Assembly: GCA_964016885.1 (NCBI GenBank)
Contig: OZ024747.1
Span: forward strand, 248,001-312,000
DNA length: 64,000 bases
DNA from: Eledone cirrhosa
Taxonomy: Eukaryota
Reading direction: 5' to 3'
The position numbers and the translations under genes were made by a program. Below the pieces are notes generated by a model. It did no database searches. It was given only the letters and a program-made list of their open reading frames with translations, and had not been told where the DNA came from. Each line of letters opens with the position of its first letter. Position 1 is the stretch's first letter. This document shows, piece by piece, positions 52,621 to 64,000 of this stretch.

Positions 52621-53991
52621 CACGATAATTAGCTTGTTTCGTAAACTATTGCATCTATTGTTGGAAAAGGAATGTCTTAACATATCTAACGTTAGTCCTT
52701 TATCTGTAAGAGTAAAGTTAAGAGAAAGAGGAGTGTGAAGAAAAAAATGGTGTTTGCATATATATAACAAATGAACAAAACTTAAAATGCAAAAACAAAC
52801 AAACAAATCAAAACACTACTTCAGCATCAGCCCATAGTATGTGTTATATTTGAAAGATATTTTGGCAGTAGTATTAGTGGGGAGCGAGTGTTGGACTTTC
52901 CTATAAGCTATAGCTTATGACAACACACCCTCAGGTGCCTCATTTAAAAAAACACATATTTCTATTTTTTTCATGCATCAAATGGAATAAATCAATTAAT
53001 TAGTTTAAAGGAACATTTTGAAATTGATTTAATTTTGTAATCATTAATAAATAATTATCATGTATAATTACTAAAATTATTTTTTACCCAATTTTTTTTA
53101 GAGAAGGGCCTCAAATATAGCTTAGGCCTTAGCAGTTGAATGTCCAGCCGTGGAATTATAAACAAAACCTTCAAAACATCAAACAAATGATGTTTCACAT
53201 CACAATCATTCATACTGGATGCTTTATTTGCATCAAATAAGTTAAAGTTTGCTCTAAGCCAAAGGCTGATCAGGTTGGTGCTTATCCCTGGTTTCCTTGG
53301 CATTTAAACAACTAAGAGTACAAGACTCTTCCTGGATAGGATGCTGGTCTATCGCAAGTTTAACTCCCCAGCTACTGCTGGTGTACTGGAGCAACATGAA
53401 ATAAAGTGTTTTTTTCAAGAACACAACACAGCAGCCTGCCCAGGAATCAAACCAACAACATTATGATCATAAGTCCAGCATCCTAACCATTAGGCTACCA
53501 GTTTTAAGACTCAGTCTACATTTGTTCAATGAGATTATGACTTAGAAAAACAATATTATCTTAAGGATTTTGTAGACAACTGTTTTTGATGAAAGGTTAT
53601 TTACACAGCAGGATTCAGAATAAAGTTGTATCATCATCATTGTTTTACGTCTGTTTTTCCACACTTGCATGGGTTGTAAGGGTCCTTTTCAGCACAGTAT
53701 CTCATCACTTGTCACATTCCTTCATAAATGTATGGACCTAAATACAATATATTTATGTTTAATATACATATATTTACTTTCGTTGTCTTTCATACCTTGT
53801 GCTCTGGACATAAACAGGCAACTCCTGATGAAGAATAACAACTATGAAATACATGTACTCGCTTCTCTTATATCACAATACTGAGATCACAGATAGATGA
53901 AATACAGTGAGACCAAATGTGTGTTTATTTTACATAAACATTATATATAGATTCATATATACCTCTATTCTGAACCCCATGATGTTAGTAC

Positions 53992-54259
53992 TGCGGGTAT
54001 GGTGTGGTGTGCGGTGGCCGGAAGCTGGGGAGTGCTCGACCGGAAGAGTGCTTGACCGGAAGGGTGCTTGGCCGGAAGGGTGCTCGACCGGAAGGGCCAG
54101 CAGATCAGTCTCTCTCTAGTGGTGACTGGGAACGGTGTGGACGCGAGTTTGGCAGCTCCCGGGTGTTAATGAGTTGGACGCACGTGGAAGAGGAAACCAG
54201 CCATGGGATTTAGCGGCGCCTATGAAAAGCGGTAAGTGAGATAGCTTTTTCTAACCACA
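53992..54259 (+). repeat. Gypsy 5' LTR
   Basis: About 97% identical to 57936-58201 (7 substitutions and 2 small indels counted by eye). Confidence 0.93.
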
Positions 54260-54402
54260 AGCTATTTCGGCACTGGAAACTGAGATATGATTGAAAAAAA
54301 AAACAAAAAAAAAAAAAAACTTTCTCGGAAACAAAGCTACTGGAAAAACAGAGAGGAGTCTGTTGTTTTTTTTTTATTACGTACCGCAAGACAAATTAGG
54401 AT

Positions 54403-55155
54403 ATGGCGACGAGACTACGAACGAGCGAAGCGATTAGGGCATTTACCGGTGAAGACGATGTCGCTTGGCTGCGAAAAGTCGGGCTGGTCGCAAGCTTACA
54501 GAAGATAGATGTGGCTGGCCTCATGGCACTGTACCTTGGGGACGCGTTGGTTCTCTTCCTTGAGTTGGATGAACACAGCCAAAGGGATGCGCAAAATATT
54601 GAGAGGCGCATGATGGAAGCGTTTGCAGAGGCACCGTTAGCCGCTTTTGCTAAGCTGGCAAGAATTAGATGGAACGGTGAACGCGTTGACATTTTCGCAG
54701 CGGAAATACGGTGATTGGCCATGTTGGCTGGATATCAGGTGGAATGCGAACGCACAGTGCGGTTGGCATTCATAAATGGATTTCCAGACGACATAGCGGT
54801 GAAACTGCAGCAAGTCCCGGGTTACAAAGAAATGGAGAGGTGTTCAGTGGTGGAACAAGCCCGTATCATAGCAGAAGATGCCAAGAAGAGTGTCGCGGGG
54901 ATAGCAACTACAGAGGCTCAAGACAGCTGGCAGCAAAATGGTGAAAGGGAGGCAACCACAGCACGCGGTCGCCCGCGAACGTTTAGAGGTCGCTGTTTTA
55001 GGTGGCAGGGCCCGCACATGGTGAGAGACTGTAGAGAGTCAAGGCCGGAAATAATATGCTACCGGTGTAAGCGACCAGACCACATCGCTACTAACTGCAA
55101 CCAGGGAAACGATCCAAGGGGAACTACTGCGCCGGTAGTTGTCCCTTACGAGTAG
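54403..55155 (+). pseudogene. Gypsy gag with premature stop at 54712-54714
   Basis: Two C-terminal zinc knuckles: CFRWQGPHMVRDC (mutated) and CYRCKRPDHIATNC. Confidence 0.85.
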
Positions 55156-55161
55156 AGGCGC
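55104..55161 (+). promoter_or_regulatory. -1 programmed ribosomal frameshift signal (slippery site plus pseudoknot)
   Basis: G_GGA_AAC in the gag frame, 5-nt spacer, stem aaggggaactac/gtagttgtccctt, and loop gcgcc complementary to ggcgc at 55157-55161. Pol is in the -1 frame and open from this point. Confidence 0.8.
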
Positions 55162-57919
55162 TGCCCGTAGTGGAAGTCTTCGTGAGTGGAAAGCCACAGC
55201 GAGCCCTTGTGGACACGGGCTGTACGATGACACTGGTGACCACGGGGGTGGCGCAGAGGTGGAGAGGGAAGAGCAGCGTAAGGGCAGTCGGAGGCAGGAA
55301 AATTGAATGCCGAGGTCGCAGCGAGGTGGAGATGGCGGTACGGGGAAGGAAAATAAGGCTTTCTGCCATCGTAGCTGACAACGTGGTGGATGGGATCAGC
55401 GTGGTTATGGGCATGGAAACAATTGGCCGTCTAGGAGGCATCACAGTAAACAACGTCGGTGTGTCGTTTGGCGGCGCTGCATCGATATGAGATGTGAGTA
55501 CGCGACAGGAGAACCAGAAGGCCCACGAGGAGAAATACCCCGCTTACAGTGTGCAGGACAAAGACTTCAAGGCCATGTTCGATGGGCAGCGATGAGTTGT
55601 TGAGTGGTACTGGAGGGGAGAACCACCAACACTGAAGACCAAAGTGGGCTGCTATCAACACACATTGAAGGGAGACATTAGGAGCGAGTTCGAGCGATAG
55701 GTAGAGAGATGGATTGAGGAGGGCATACTGCTTCCCTGGAAAGAGGAGGTGAAGTGCGGAGTATTGCCGTTAATGGCGGTGGCGCAACCCACGAAGAACA
55801 AGGTGAGGCCGGTGCTGGGCTTTCGGGAGATGAACGAGCACGTGTCATCCCACACGGGTGGCGAGGTCACGGATGTCTGTGGGGAAACCCTGCGTGAGTG
55901 GAGACGCATGATGGGGGGTTCAGCAATCGTAGATCTAAAGTTGGCATACTTGCAATTGCATATAGATGAGAAGCTCTGGCAGTATCAGCTGGTCAGGTAT
56001 AAGGGTCGGACATATTGCCTGACCAGGCTCGGTTTCGGGCTGAGCTCCGCACCGAAGATCATGGTGGCGGTCCTGAAGACCATTCTGGGAAAGGCCGACA
56101 AGATGAAGAGGGCCACTAACTCCTACATTGACGACATCCTAGTGGACGAGTCTGTAGTGTCGGCGGCGGAGGTCACAAGCCATTTACAGGGGTATGGACT
56201 GGCTGTGAAGCCGTCAGAAGCGTTGGAGGGAGGAGCCGCACTGGGACTTAGGCTACGGCGAGACAGGATGGGCGTCTTGGTATTCCAGAGGGGAAATGAA
56301 GTTCCAGAACTGGCCCAAGTATGAGTAGGCGGGAGCTTTTCTTGGAGTGTGGAAAGTTGGTGGGTCACTACCCGATTGCTGGGTGGCTCCGGACGGCATG
56401 CAGCTATGTCAAGAGATGAGCGGGAGGGGTGACTTGGAGTGACAGAGTGGGAGAGAGGACGGTGGCCATGATGCGGGGATGCTGGTATGTTCCCAAATCG
56501 CAGAGCGGGACCATATGGTGCGATGCCAGCAGCATAGCGCTGGGTGTCACGTTGGAGATAGGTGTTGAGGTCGAGGATGCAGCCTGGCTTAGGAAGAAGG
56601 ACGACTGCAACCACATCAATGTGGCCGAATTGGACGCAGTGTTGAGAGGGGTGAACCTCGCCCTGAGGTGGGGACTGCACACCAACGAGATACGCACCGA
56701 CTCGGCTACTGTACTCGGATGGGTGAGATCAGTGCTCACCAGTGAGAAGAGAGTGCGAACGAGAGGGGCGGCGGAGATGCTGATAAAGCGCCGCCTGGGA
56801 ACTTTAGGAGAGCTGGCCACCGAGTTCGACCTGAGGCTGAGCGTAGTTTTCGTGCCCTCAGAGAAAAATAGGGCGGACGTCTTAATCAAGGTGAAAAAAG
56901 CCTGGATGGAAGCGCCAGAGGAGGTAGAAGATGAGATAGCTGCCGTGTGTCAGCTGACCGAGCTGGATCTGAAAGGGTTGCATGACATGCACCACATGGT
57001 AGTGGATAGGACCCTGTTCCTAGCCAGGAGAATTGACTCGGACGTTAACAGACACAGTGTTCAAAGGGTGGTTAGAGGCTGCGTCCGATGTCAGTCCATT
57101 GATCCCGCCCCGGGTGTGCACAAAACGGGAAGCCTCCTGGTGGATCGCGACTGGAAGCGATTGGCGGTGGATGTAACGCACTACCGACAGGGAACGTACC
57201 TCTTGATGGTCGACTGTGGACCAGGATGGATGGCAATATGGAGGGAGATGAAGACTGGAACGGCCGAGGAAATCATGCGGACGTTGAGAGAGGTGTTCTT
57301 GGAGCGGGGCCCTGTGGACGAACTGCTGATGGACAACAGCGCAGCGTTCCGCTCGGAGGCGCTGAGGGAGATGCTCGATGGATGGAAGGTAGACTGTTTC
57401 TTCAGAGCAGCGCACATGCCGAGCGGGAATGGAATTGTGGCGCGACACCACCGGACGATCAAGGCAATGGCGGAGCGGGGCCATATCTCACCAATAGAGG
57501 CAGTGTTCTGGTACAACATGTCCCCTCATGTGGGACAGGTTGAGGAATTGGTGCCACACAGAGCAGTATTCAGATATGAGTGGCGGCACTCATGCATGCC
57601 ACCACAATGGCCAAGGGGAAGAGAGAATGCATTCGTGCAGGTGGGCGAAGAAGTCTGGGTTAAGCCCCCAGATGCACGTTGCACATCTCAATGGGGAAGG
57701 GGAACGGTGACGGCCATAAATTCCCAGAACAATGTGTCCGTGCACGCAGTACCACGTCATGTCCTGGATGTCCGTAGAATCACTGTGTCAACGGACTTCG
57801 AGGAAGAGGAAACTCAAAGTGCCGCCCCAACACTGCGGAGATCGCAAAGAAGTCGCAAACCACCAACCTGGACAGCAGACTTTCATATGCAGAAGGACGA
57901 GGGGGAAATTGATCCTTGA
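55104..57919 (+). pseudogene. Gypsy pol (protease, RT, RNase H, integrase) with stops and frameshifts
   Basis: ALVDTGC; DLKLAYLQ, LGFGLSSAP, YIDDILV; WCDAS, NVAELDAV, TDS; HxxHH...CVRC, LAVDVTH, MDNSAAF, SGNGIVARHHRTIK. Confidence 0.92.
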
Positions 57920-57935
57920 GATCAAGGGGGGGGGG

Positions 57936-58201
57936 TGTATGGTGTGGTGTGCGGTGGCCGGAAGCTGGGGAGTGCTCGACCGGAAGAGTGCTTGACCGGA
58001 AGGGTGCTTGGCTGGAAGGGTGCTCGACCGGAAGGGCCAGCAGATCAGTCTCTCTCTAGTGGTGACCGGGAACGGTGTGGACGCGAGTTTGGCAGCTCCC
58101 GGTTGTTAACGAGTTGGACGCACGTGGAAGAGGAGAAACCAGCCATGGGATTTAGCCTCACCTATGAAAAGCGGTAAGTGAGATAGCTTTTTCTAACCAC
58201 A
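57936..58201 (+). repeat. Gypsy 3' LTR
   Basis: Matches the 5' LTR. Contains 16-bp tandem units with CCGGAAG and the donor GCG|GTAAGT at 58174. Confidence 0.93.
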
Positions 58202-58383
58202 AGTACTATTATTAATTTTTTCTTTCTATTTTATTTTACTGTTCCAAAGACTTGTTCAAAGTTTACTCTTCTTTCTATTATTAATATTTTTCTTTTTCCC
58301 TTTTTACTTCAGGTATTAATGTTTGAAAGGAATGAAAGAAGTTGAAAAAGAATTTCGACAACAACAACAATAATAATAATAAT

Positions 58384-60357
58384 ATGTATGCATTACAACT
58401 TCTTTTGGTTGGGTTTGTTCTTGTTTGTGGAGTTGTTGCTGGTGATTCGCTTCTTAATATTCACTCATTTTCTGTCACAAGTGACATCAAGTTTCGTTAT
58501 GCAACCACAAGAATTGAAACTGTATTCAAAAATGAAAACAATTCTTCAGCACTGGCTGAATTTTATGTTAACATTCCTGAAAATGCATTCATATCAAATT
58601 TCACCATAGAAGTCAATGGTTCTGTGTTAGTGGGAAAGATTCTAGAGAAAGAGAAGGCCAGGGAAGTTTATGACTCAGCTGTGCGTCATGGTGAAACAGC
58701 AGCTTATATTGGCACTGAGCACAGATACACTAATATATTTAATGTTTTGGTCAGTGTAGCAGCCCATGAAACAGCTGTATTTAGACTCACATACCAAGAG
58801 TTGCTGAAAAGGACATTTGGGGAATACCGCCATGTTATTCATTTGACCAATAAACAAATCATTGAGAACTTTAAAATAGAAGTTTTTATCACAGAACTTC
58901 AAAGCATTACCAAAAATAAACACGAACTTAAGCCAGACAGTTTTAATCTAGAAAATGTTAATGCGGTGGAAGCAGCAAAATTGAAAAATGTTGGAAATCT
59001 AGAATATCTAAGCAGTAAACAGCTTTATATAAAGTATGAACCAAGTGTAGCAGATCAGAAGAGTTTCTCAGCTCTGGGAATTACAGGACTGTTTGAAGTA
59101 GACTATGATGTTGACTGGAAAGAATCCCTCAATGTAATTTATGCTATCGATGGATACTTTGTACATTTTTATGTCCCTGACTCTTACCCCTTGCTTCAAA
59201 AGAAAATAATTTTCATATTAGATGTAAGTGGCTCAATGCATGGCCATAAATTGAAACAAGTAAAAGAAGCCATGTATGGTATCCTTCATTCTTTGAAAGA
59301 AACTCAGGATACATTCATGGTTGGAAAATTTAGTACAGAAGTCTCTTGGATGTATAATATGTTTTTGCCAGCAAATCGTGAAAATATCAAGACTGCTTTA
59401 AAGTATGTTGACATTCTTTCAGCAAATGGAGGAACAAACATTTATGATGCTCTTCTTAGCAGTTTGAGTAAATTTGAAATTGAAGCTTCAGCTGATAGTA
59501 AAAATATAATCTTTTTCCTGACAGATGGCCAAGCAACTAATGGTGTCATAAACTTGGATTCTATCATTAAAGATGTTTCTGGAGCCAATAGTGGTACTTC
59601 TATTTTCACATTAGGTTTTGGTGATTTCAGTAACATGGATTTCTTGAAACAACTTGCTGCCATTAATGGTGGCTTTAGTCGTAAGATCTATGAAGCAGCT
59701 GACAGTCAATTGCAAATTTTAGATTTGTATCAAGAAATTTCTCGCATCATTTTGAAAAACATTAACATAGTTTATCTGGATACTGCTATAAATCAATCAA
59801 CCCTAACAGAGAAATCATTCAGTTATTATATCAAAGGTTCTGAAATAGTTATTGCTGGTTTATCAAAAGAGTTCAAAGATGAGATGAATGTATTACTTAC
59901 AATGGACACTTCATCTGGCCAGGCAGAAAAAACTCTAAAGATACCTATCCAACATCTGTCTAACGAATTTGAATTAGGTGGTGAAGACATTCCACAAGAT
60001 CCAAGACTGACTACACTCCAGTCTCTTCATAAAATAACTCGCAATACATGGCTTCATCTCACTTTGAAACAGTTATTAAATTTGGAAAGAACTCCAGAAA
60101 TTAAACAGCAGATACTTTCAATAGCACTCAAATATGGCTTTGTTACCCCTGTCACTTCAATGGTTGTTGCACAAAACATAGAAATGGATGGAGAAAGAGG
60201 CAAACACAATGGGAAATTGCCAGGATACACATACTTCATGAGTAAAACGGCAATGGCAATGGGGAATGTCCAAAGGATGCATGCTCATGCTTCAAAAATG
60301 ATTCCATATGGAAATATCTCCAGTTTTTTCTTCTACCTGCTGTTGGCTTTCTTTTAA
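58384..60357 (+). CDS. Inter-alpha-trypsin inhibitor heavy chain-like protein (signal peptide, VIT, vWA), 657 aa, single coding exon
   Basis: Signal peptide MYALQLLLVGFVLVCGVVAG; VIT motifs SDIKFRYATT, IPENAFISNF, FRLTYQELLKR; DGYFVHF; MIDAS DVSGS..GGTNI..LTDG; LSIALKYGFVTPVTSMVV. A splice acceptor (polypyrimidine+CAG) at 58312 and an in-frame TGA at 58333 make 58384 the start codon. Confidence 0.92.
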   Translation: MYALQLLLVGFVLVCGVVAGDSLLNIHSFSVTSDIKFRYATTRIETVFKNENNSSALAEFYVNIPENAFISNFTIEVNGSVLVGKILEKEKAREVYDSAVRHGETAAYIGTEHRYTNIFNVLVSVAAHETAVFRLTYQELLKRTFGEYRHVIHLTNKQIIENFKIEVFITELQSITKNKHELKPDSFNLENVNAVEAAKLKNVGNLEYLSSKQLYIKYEPSVADQKSFSALGITGLFEVDYDVDWKESLNVIYAIDGYFVHFYVPDSYPLLQKKIIFILDVSGSMHGHKLKQVKEAMYGILHSLKETQDTFMVGKFSTEVSWMYNMFLPANRENIKTALKYVDILSANGGTNIYDALLSSLSKFEIEASADSKNIIFFLTDGQATNGVINLDSIIKDVSGANSGTSIFTLGFGDFSNMDFLKQLAAINGGFSRKIYEAADSQLQILDLYQEISRIILKNINIVYLDTAINQSTLTEKSFSYYIKGSEIVIAGLSKEFKDEMNVLLTMDTSSGQAEKTLKIPIQHLSNEFELGGEDIPQDPRLTTLQSLHKITRNTWLHLTLKQLLNLERTPEIKQQILSIALKYGFVTPVTSMVVAQNIEMDGERGKHNGKLPGYTYFMSKTAMAMGNVQRMHAHASKMIPYGNISSFFFYLLLAFF

Positions 60358-61877
60358 ATAACAATAGTTAACAATTCTGGATTGGCAGAATCGGTTGACT
60401 GAAGTCGATTTATTCAATTTTCTCCTCCCTAAAAAATTGCTGGCCTTGTCCCTAAATCAAGTGCTATTATAATTATTTTTTTTGTTGATTTGAAATGTTT
60501 TTGTATCAGATTGCTATTAATGCTAGATTTTTTGGGGGATATTTTATTTTTTATTTTATTATATCTGATTAAAATTTGTTTATACTAAGTATAAGCCATA
60601 TTCTGAGAATAATTTTTCTAACCATCGCCAGGAATCAGAAGTGGAATTCTTCTGTTGTCATTTAGTTATTTTATTTTTCCTGGCAGAATGTTTTATTCTG
60701 TCCACATAGCCTTATTGAAGGTATGTGGCCTAGTGTTTAGAGTTTTAGGTTCATGATTGTAAAGTCATAAGTTTAATTCCTTGATTGACTAGTCGTAGTC
60801 AATTTAGCTGTCAGGAAGAATATAAAGTAGATGAACTAAAACTGTTACTTGTCAGACTCTGGCATCCAGTCCAGGGACATGTTTATCTCTCATTCCTTTT
60901 TTCTTTTTAATTTTTTTAATGAGTTAATCAAAATTGACATTTTTGCAGAGCCCTCTAAAAGGGCTGAGAGAAAAGGCAGGAAAAAAGGAGACTTTTTGAA
61001 TCATCTTCAGATTTGAATCATCTTCAGATTGGACAAATTGTAGTTTTTTCTCAAGTTGTAGGGGACACGTGGGGATATACTTTGGCTAGATGGTCGAGTT
61101 GGGTTTAATACTTACAGACCAGGGATATACCTGATTCTGAAGATGATCAACTAGTGAGGTATCCTGCTAGGTAGCTGAGCTATGTTTTCTCCTCATTGTA
61201 CCCCACCTACATTCTCAGTTCAAATTCTGCTGTGGTCCACTTTGCATTTCGGCTTTCCTTGGTCAATAATCTAGTAACTTTTCCCTTTCAAATTTGTGGC
61301 CCTGTACCTATGTAAGGACAGTATAGGGCATTGCATTTGCAAAATTATTAGAACATCAGACCAAATTCCTTTGTAGCATTTACGTAAGATCCTTTACATT
61401 CTGAGTTCAAATCCCACCAAGATCATCTTTACATTTCATGTTTCCATATAATAAAGTACCAGTTAAGTACTGGGGTCATTTTAATCAACTAATCTTTCCT
61501 ATATTTTGGTCTATGTGAGAAAAAGTTGTTGTTTTTCATGAGAGAAATATCTGAGATCTGGGATTTAGAAAAGCAGTTAAAACACATACACATTCTAAGG
61601 TTATATACATACAAACAGATACACATGCACATATACACACACACATACACAGATACACATACACACATACACATTCTAATGTTATATACACACACACACA
61701 CTCATAGACAAACACACACACACATTCTAAGGTTATACACACACACACACACACATAGTCTATGGTTAAACACACACACATGCATAAAGTGAATTAAAAG
61801 AACTGGTAGAAAGTTGGACAACTTTCTGGTAATTTTTAGTGGAATTTTACATTCCGAGTTTCTTTCTTCCTACCAAC

Positions 61878-61878
<1 letters not shown>

Positions 61879-61972
<94 letters not shown>
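61879..61972. repeat. (CT)n followed by (TA)n microsatellite
   Basis: Directly visible. Confidence 0.95.
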
Positions 61973-62299
61973 AAACAATATTCTGCTCTACTCTAACCAA
62001 ACCTTTTAAAAATAAATTTATCTTGAAATTTTGAATAAAGTATTGAAATTAGAATACGATACATACATACACACACATACATACATACACACATACACAC
62101 ACATACATACACAAACATACATTCATATATGCTGGCTGCCATCTCATTATCGAGTATGGCCATTGCACAATATAACATTATTAATAATTATCAATTAGTG
62201 CTATCGTGCAATGCCTGTGCATGAAGATTTTTTTTTAAAGTAAGGAAAGACAGTGCACTGAGCAAATCCCACTCTCTGAGTAACAGTATCTATAACAGA

Positions 62300-64000
62300 A
62301 TCCATGGAGGCTATGGGTTTGGTACTAGAAATGAGGGAGGCTTCAGAATCCTGGAATTCTGTGACGCTAATAACCTAACTTAAAAAAAACGAGACAATCA
62401 CTTGATCACCTATAGATCAGAGGAACACGCCAGTCAGATAGATTATATCCTTACCAGAAGACGTGACAAAGTGTCTGTTGTAAACACTAAATCCCTCCCC
62501 ATTGAAGAATGTACCTCCCAACATAGCCTCATAGTTAGTGACCTCATAGTCAGGACTAGATGTACGTGACGACAGAGGAGGCTACCTTGGGGAGAAGAAT
62601 ATGGAAGTTGAAGGACCCCACAGCCAGTAACAAATTTAAAAGCATATTACTTGATGCTTTTGACAGTAAGTAAGAGCAATTAGAGACATACAATATAGAG
62701 GAACAGTGGGAATTCTTGAAAGTTAACCTGCTGAAGGCGACAGATGAAATCTGCGGCTGGAGCAGGCCTATAGGCAGGAGGAGAGTAACTTGGTGGTGGA
62801 ACAGTAAGGTGGAGGAGACAATCAAGGGCAAAAAGCAGGCTTGGAAAGTATGGCAGGATGGGGGAAGTAGAGAACACTATCAAGTGGCCAGGAGAGAAGC
62901 TAGGAGACAAGTGTACTTTGAAAGAAGGGAAGCAGAGGATAGAAAGATCAAGCATGTTCTACAACGCGAGGACCAAAAACGTGAGGTGTTCAGGATTGCA
63001 AGACAATGTGTCAAGGAAAACTATGATATTGCCGGGGAGAAGTGTGTCCATAATGATGATGGTGTACTTGCCCTCACTGATACTGATAAGAAGGTAGCTT
63101 GGAAGTGTCACTACGAGAGGCTACTAAATGAGGAGAATGGGAAAAAGATAGTCTGCCCCAAATCGATCCATTAGAGGGACCAGCGGTGCAAGTTAAAGGT
63201 AGTATAATAAGTAAGGCAATCAAAGATATGAAGACAGGCAAGACAGCTGGGCCTTCAGAGATAGTTGCTGAGATGTTGAAAGCATCTGGAATGGTGGGAC
63301 ATACTATGGTCACCCGGATAGTGAACCAAGTAATACAGAATGGGGTCATACCATCATCATTTACTGCTACAAGGGTAAAGGAGATGCCTTAGATAGGGGA
63401 AACTATAGAGGCATTAAGTTAGTTGACCAGATCATGAAGGTCACAGAAAGAGTTATAGCACAACTAATCAGAGATCGAATTGATCTAGATGAAATGCAGT
63501 TTGGGTTTCTGTCAGGTAAAAGTACCACAGACGCTCTTTTCCTTGTACGACAACTACAGGAGAAGTACCTAGCTAAAAATAAACCCCCTCTACTTAGCTT
63601 TTGTTGACTTGGAAAAAGACTTTGACAGAGTCTCCCACTGCATTATCTGGTGGGCTCTTAGAAAACTAGGTGCAGATGAATGGCTTGTGAGAGCTATACA
63701 TGCCATGTATAAAGAAACAGTCAGCAAGGTTAGAATTAACAATGAATATAGTGGATAATTTCGCATAAAAGTTGGTGTTTATCAAAGCTCTGTCCTTAGC
63801 CCCCTACTATTTATTATTGTCCTTCAGGCTATAACAGGAGTTTAAGACTGGCTGCCCATGGGAACTTCTATATGCAGATGATCTAACTCTCATAGCTGAA
63901 TCTATGGCTGAACTAGAGAAGAAATTCCAAACATGGAAGCATGGCCTAGAATCAAAAGGCCTTAAAGTTAACTTGTCTAAGACTAAAGTTCTAGTATATA
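62300..64000 (+). mobile_element. Decayed RTE LINE (APE C-terminus to RT), running off the window end
   Basis: [52 protein letters not shown]. Confidence 0.92.

Larger units (their letters stand above)
53992..58201 (+). mobile_element. Full-length, degenerate Ty3/Gypsy LTR retrotransposon (4.2 kb)
   Basis: TG...CA ends, TSD AGTAC (53987-53991 and 58202-58206), PPT aagggggggggg before 57936, and domain order gag-PR-RT-RH-INT. Confidence 0.95.

Noticed and set aside
58342-58383. TTG start given in the ORF track for the ITIH-like gene
   Set aside because: In a eukaryotic gene the first in-frame ATG (58384) begins the signal peptide, and the Asn run upstream is a trinucleotide repeat in the UTR.

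Overview
This is AT-rich, repeat-saturated animal DNA, most likely from an octopus or other coleoid cephalopod. That assignment is an inference from the (TA)n/(CA)n load, the RTE LINEs with (TGA)n tails and the tRNA-derived SINEs. Two host genes are supported. The first is LACTB (mitochondrial serine beta-lactamase-like protein) on the minus strand: coding exons 1-5 lie between 32149 and 263, all splice phases are consistent, and the gene runs off the left edge. The second is an ITIH-like VIT+vWA gene whose whole CDS is on one exon (58384-60357). It has a signal peptide and a hydrophobic, possibly GPI-type, C-terminal tail instead of the usual ITIH C-terminal domain. The rest is mobile DNA: many RTE LINE copies with a PHD-like finger inside the RT region, a CR1-type LINE, RLE (CRE-like) tails, Penelope-like elements with two GIY-YIG ORF remnants and many inverted pseudo-LTRs, a full-length degenerate Gypsy element with a 5-bp TSD, two solo LTRs, a DD37D maT transposon, two Helitron derivatives, MITEs and SINEs. 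Three unannotated signals stand out. (1) About 15 type I hammerhead ribozyme motifs from at least 8 sequence families, nearly all with a family-specific palindromic stem III; three are sense within LACTB introns. (2) The Gypsy 3' LTR carries tandem CCGGAAG motifs and a consensus splice donor 139 nt upstream of the ITIH-like exon acceptor. (3) The same Gypsy has a -1 frameshift pseudoknot, no tRNA-type PBS and a candidate leader intron. All calls were made by eye; no database search or folding program was run.
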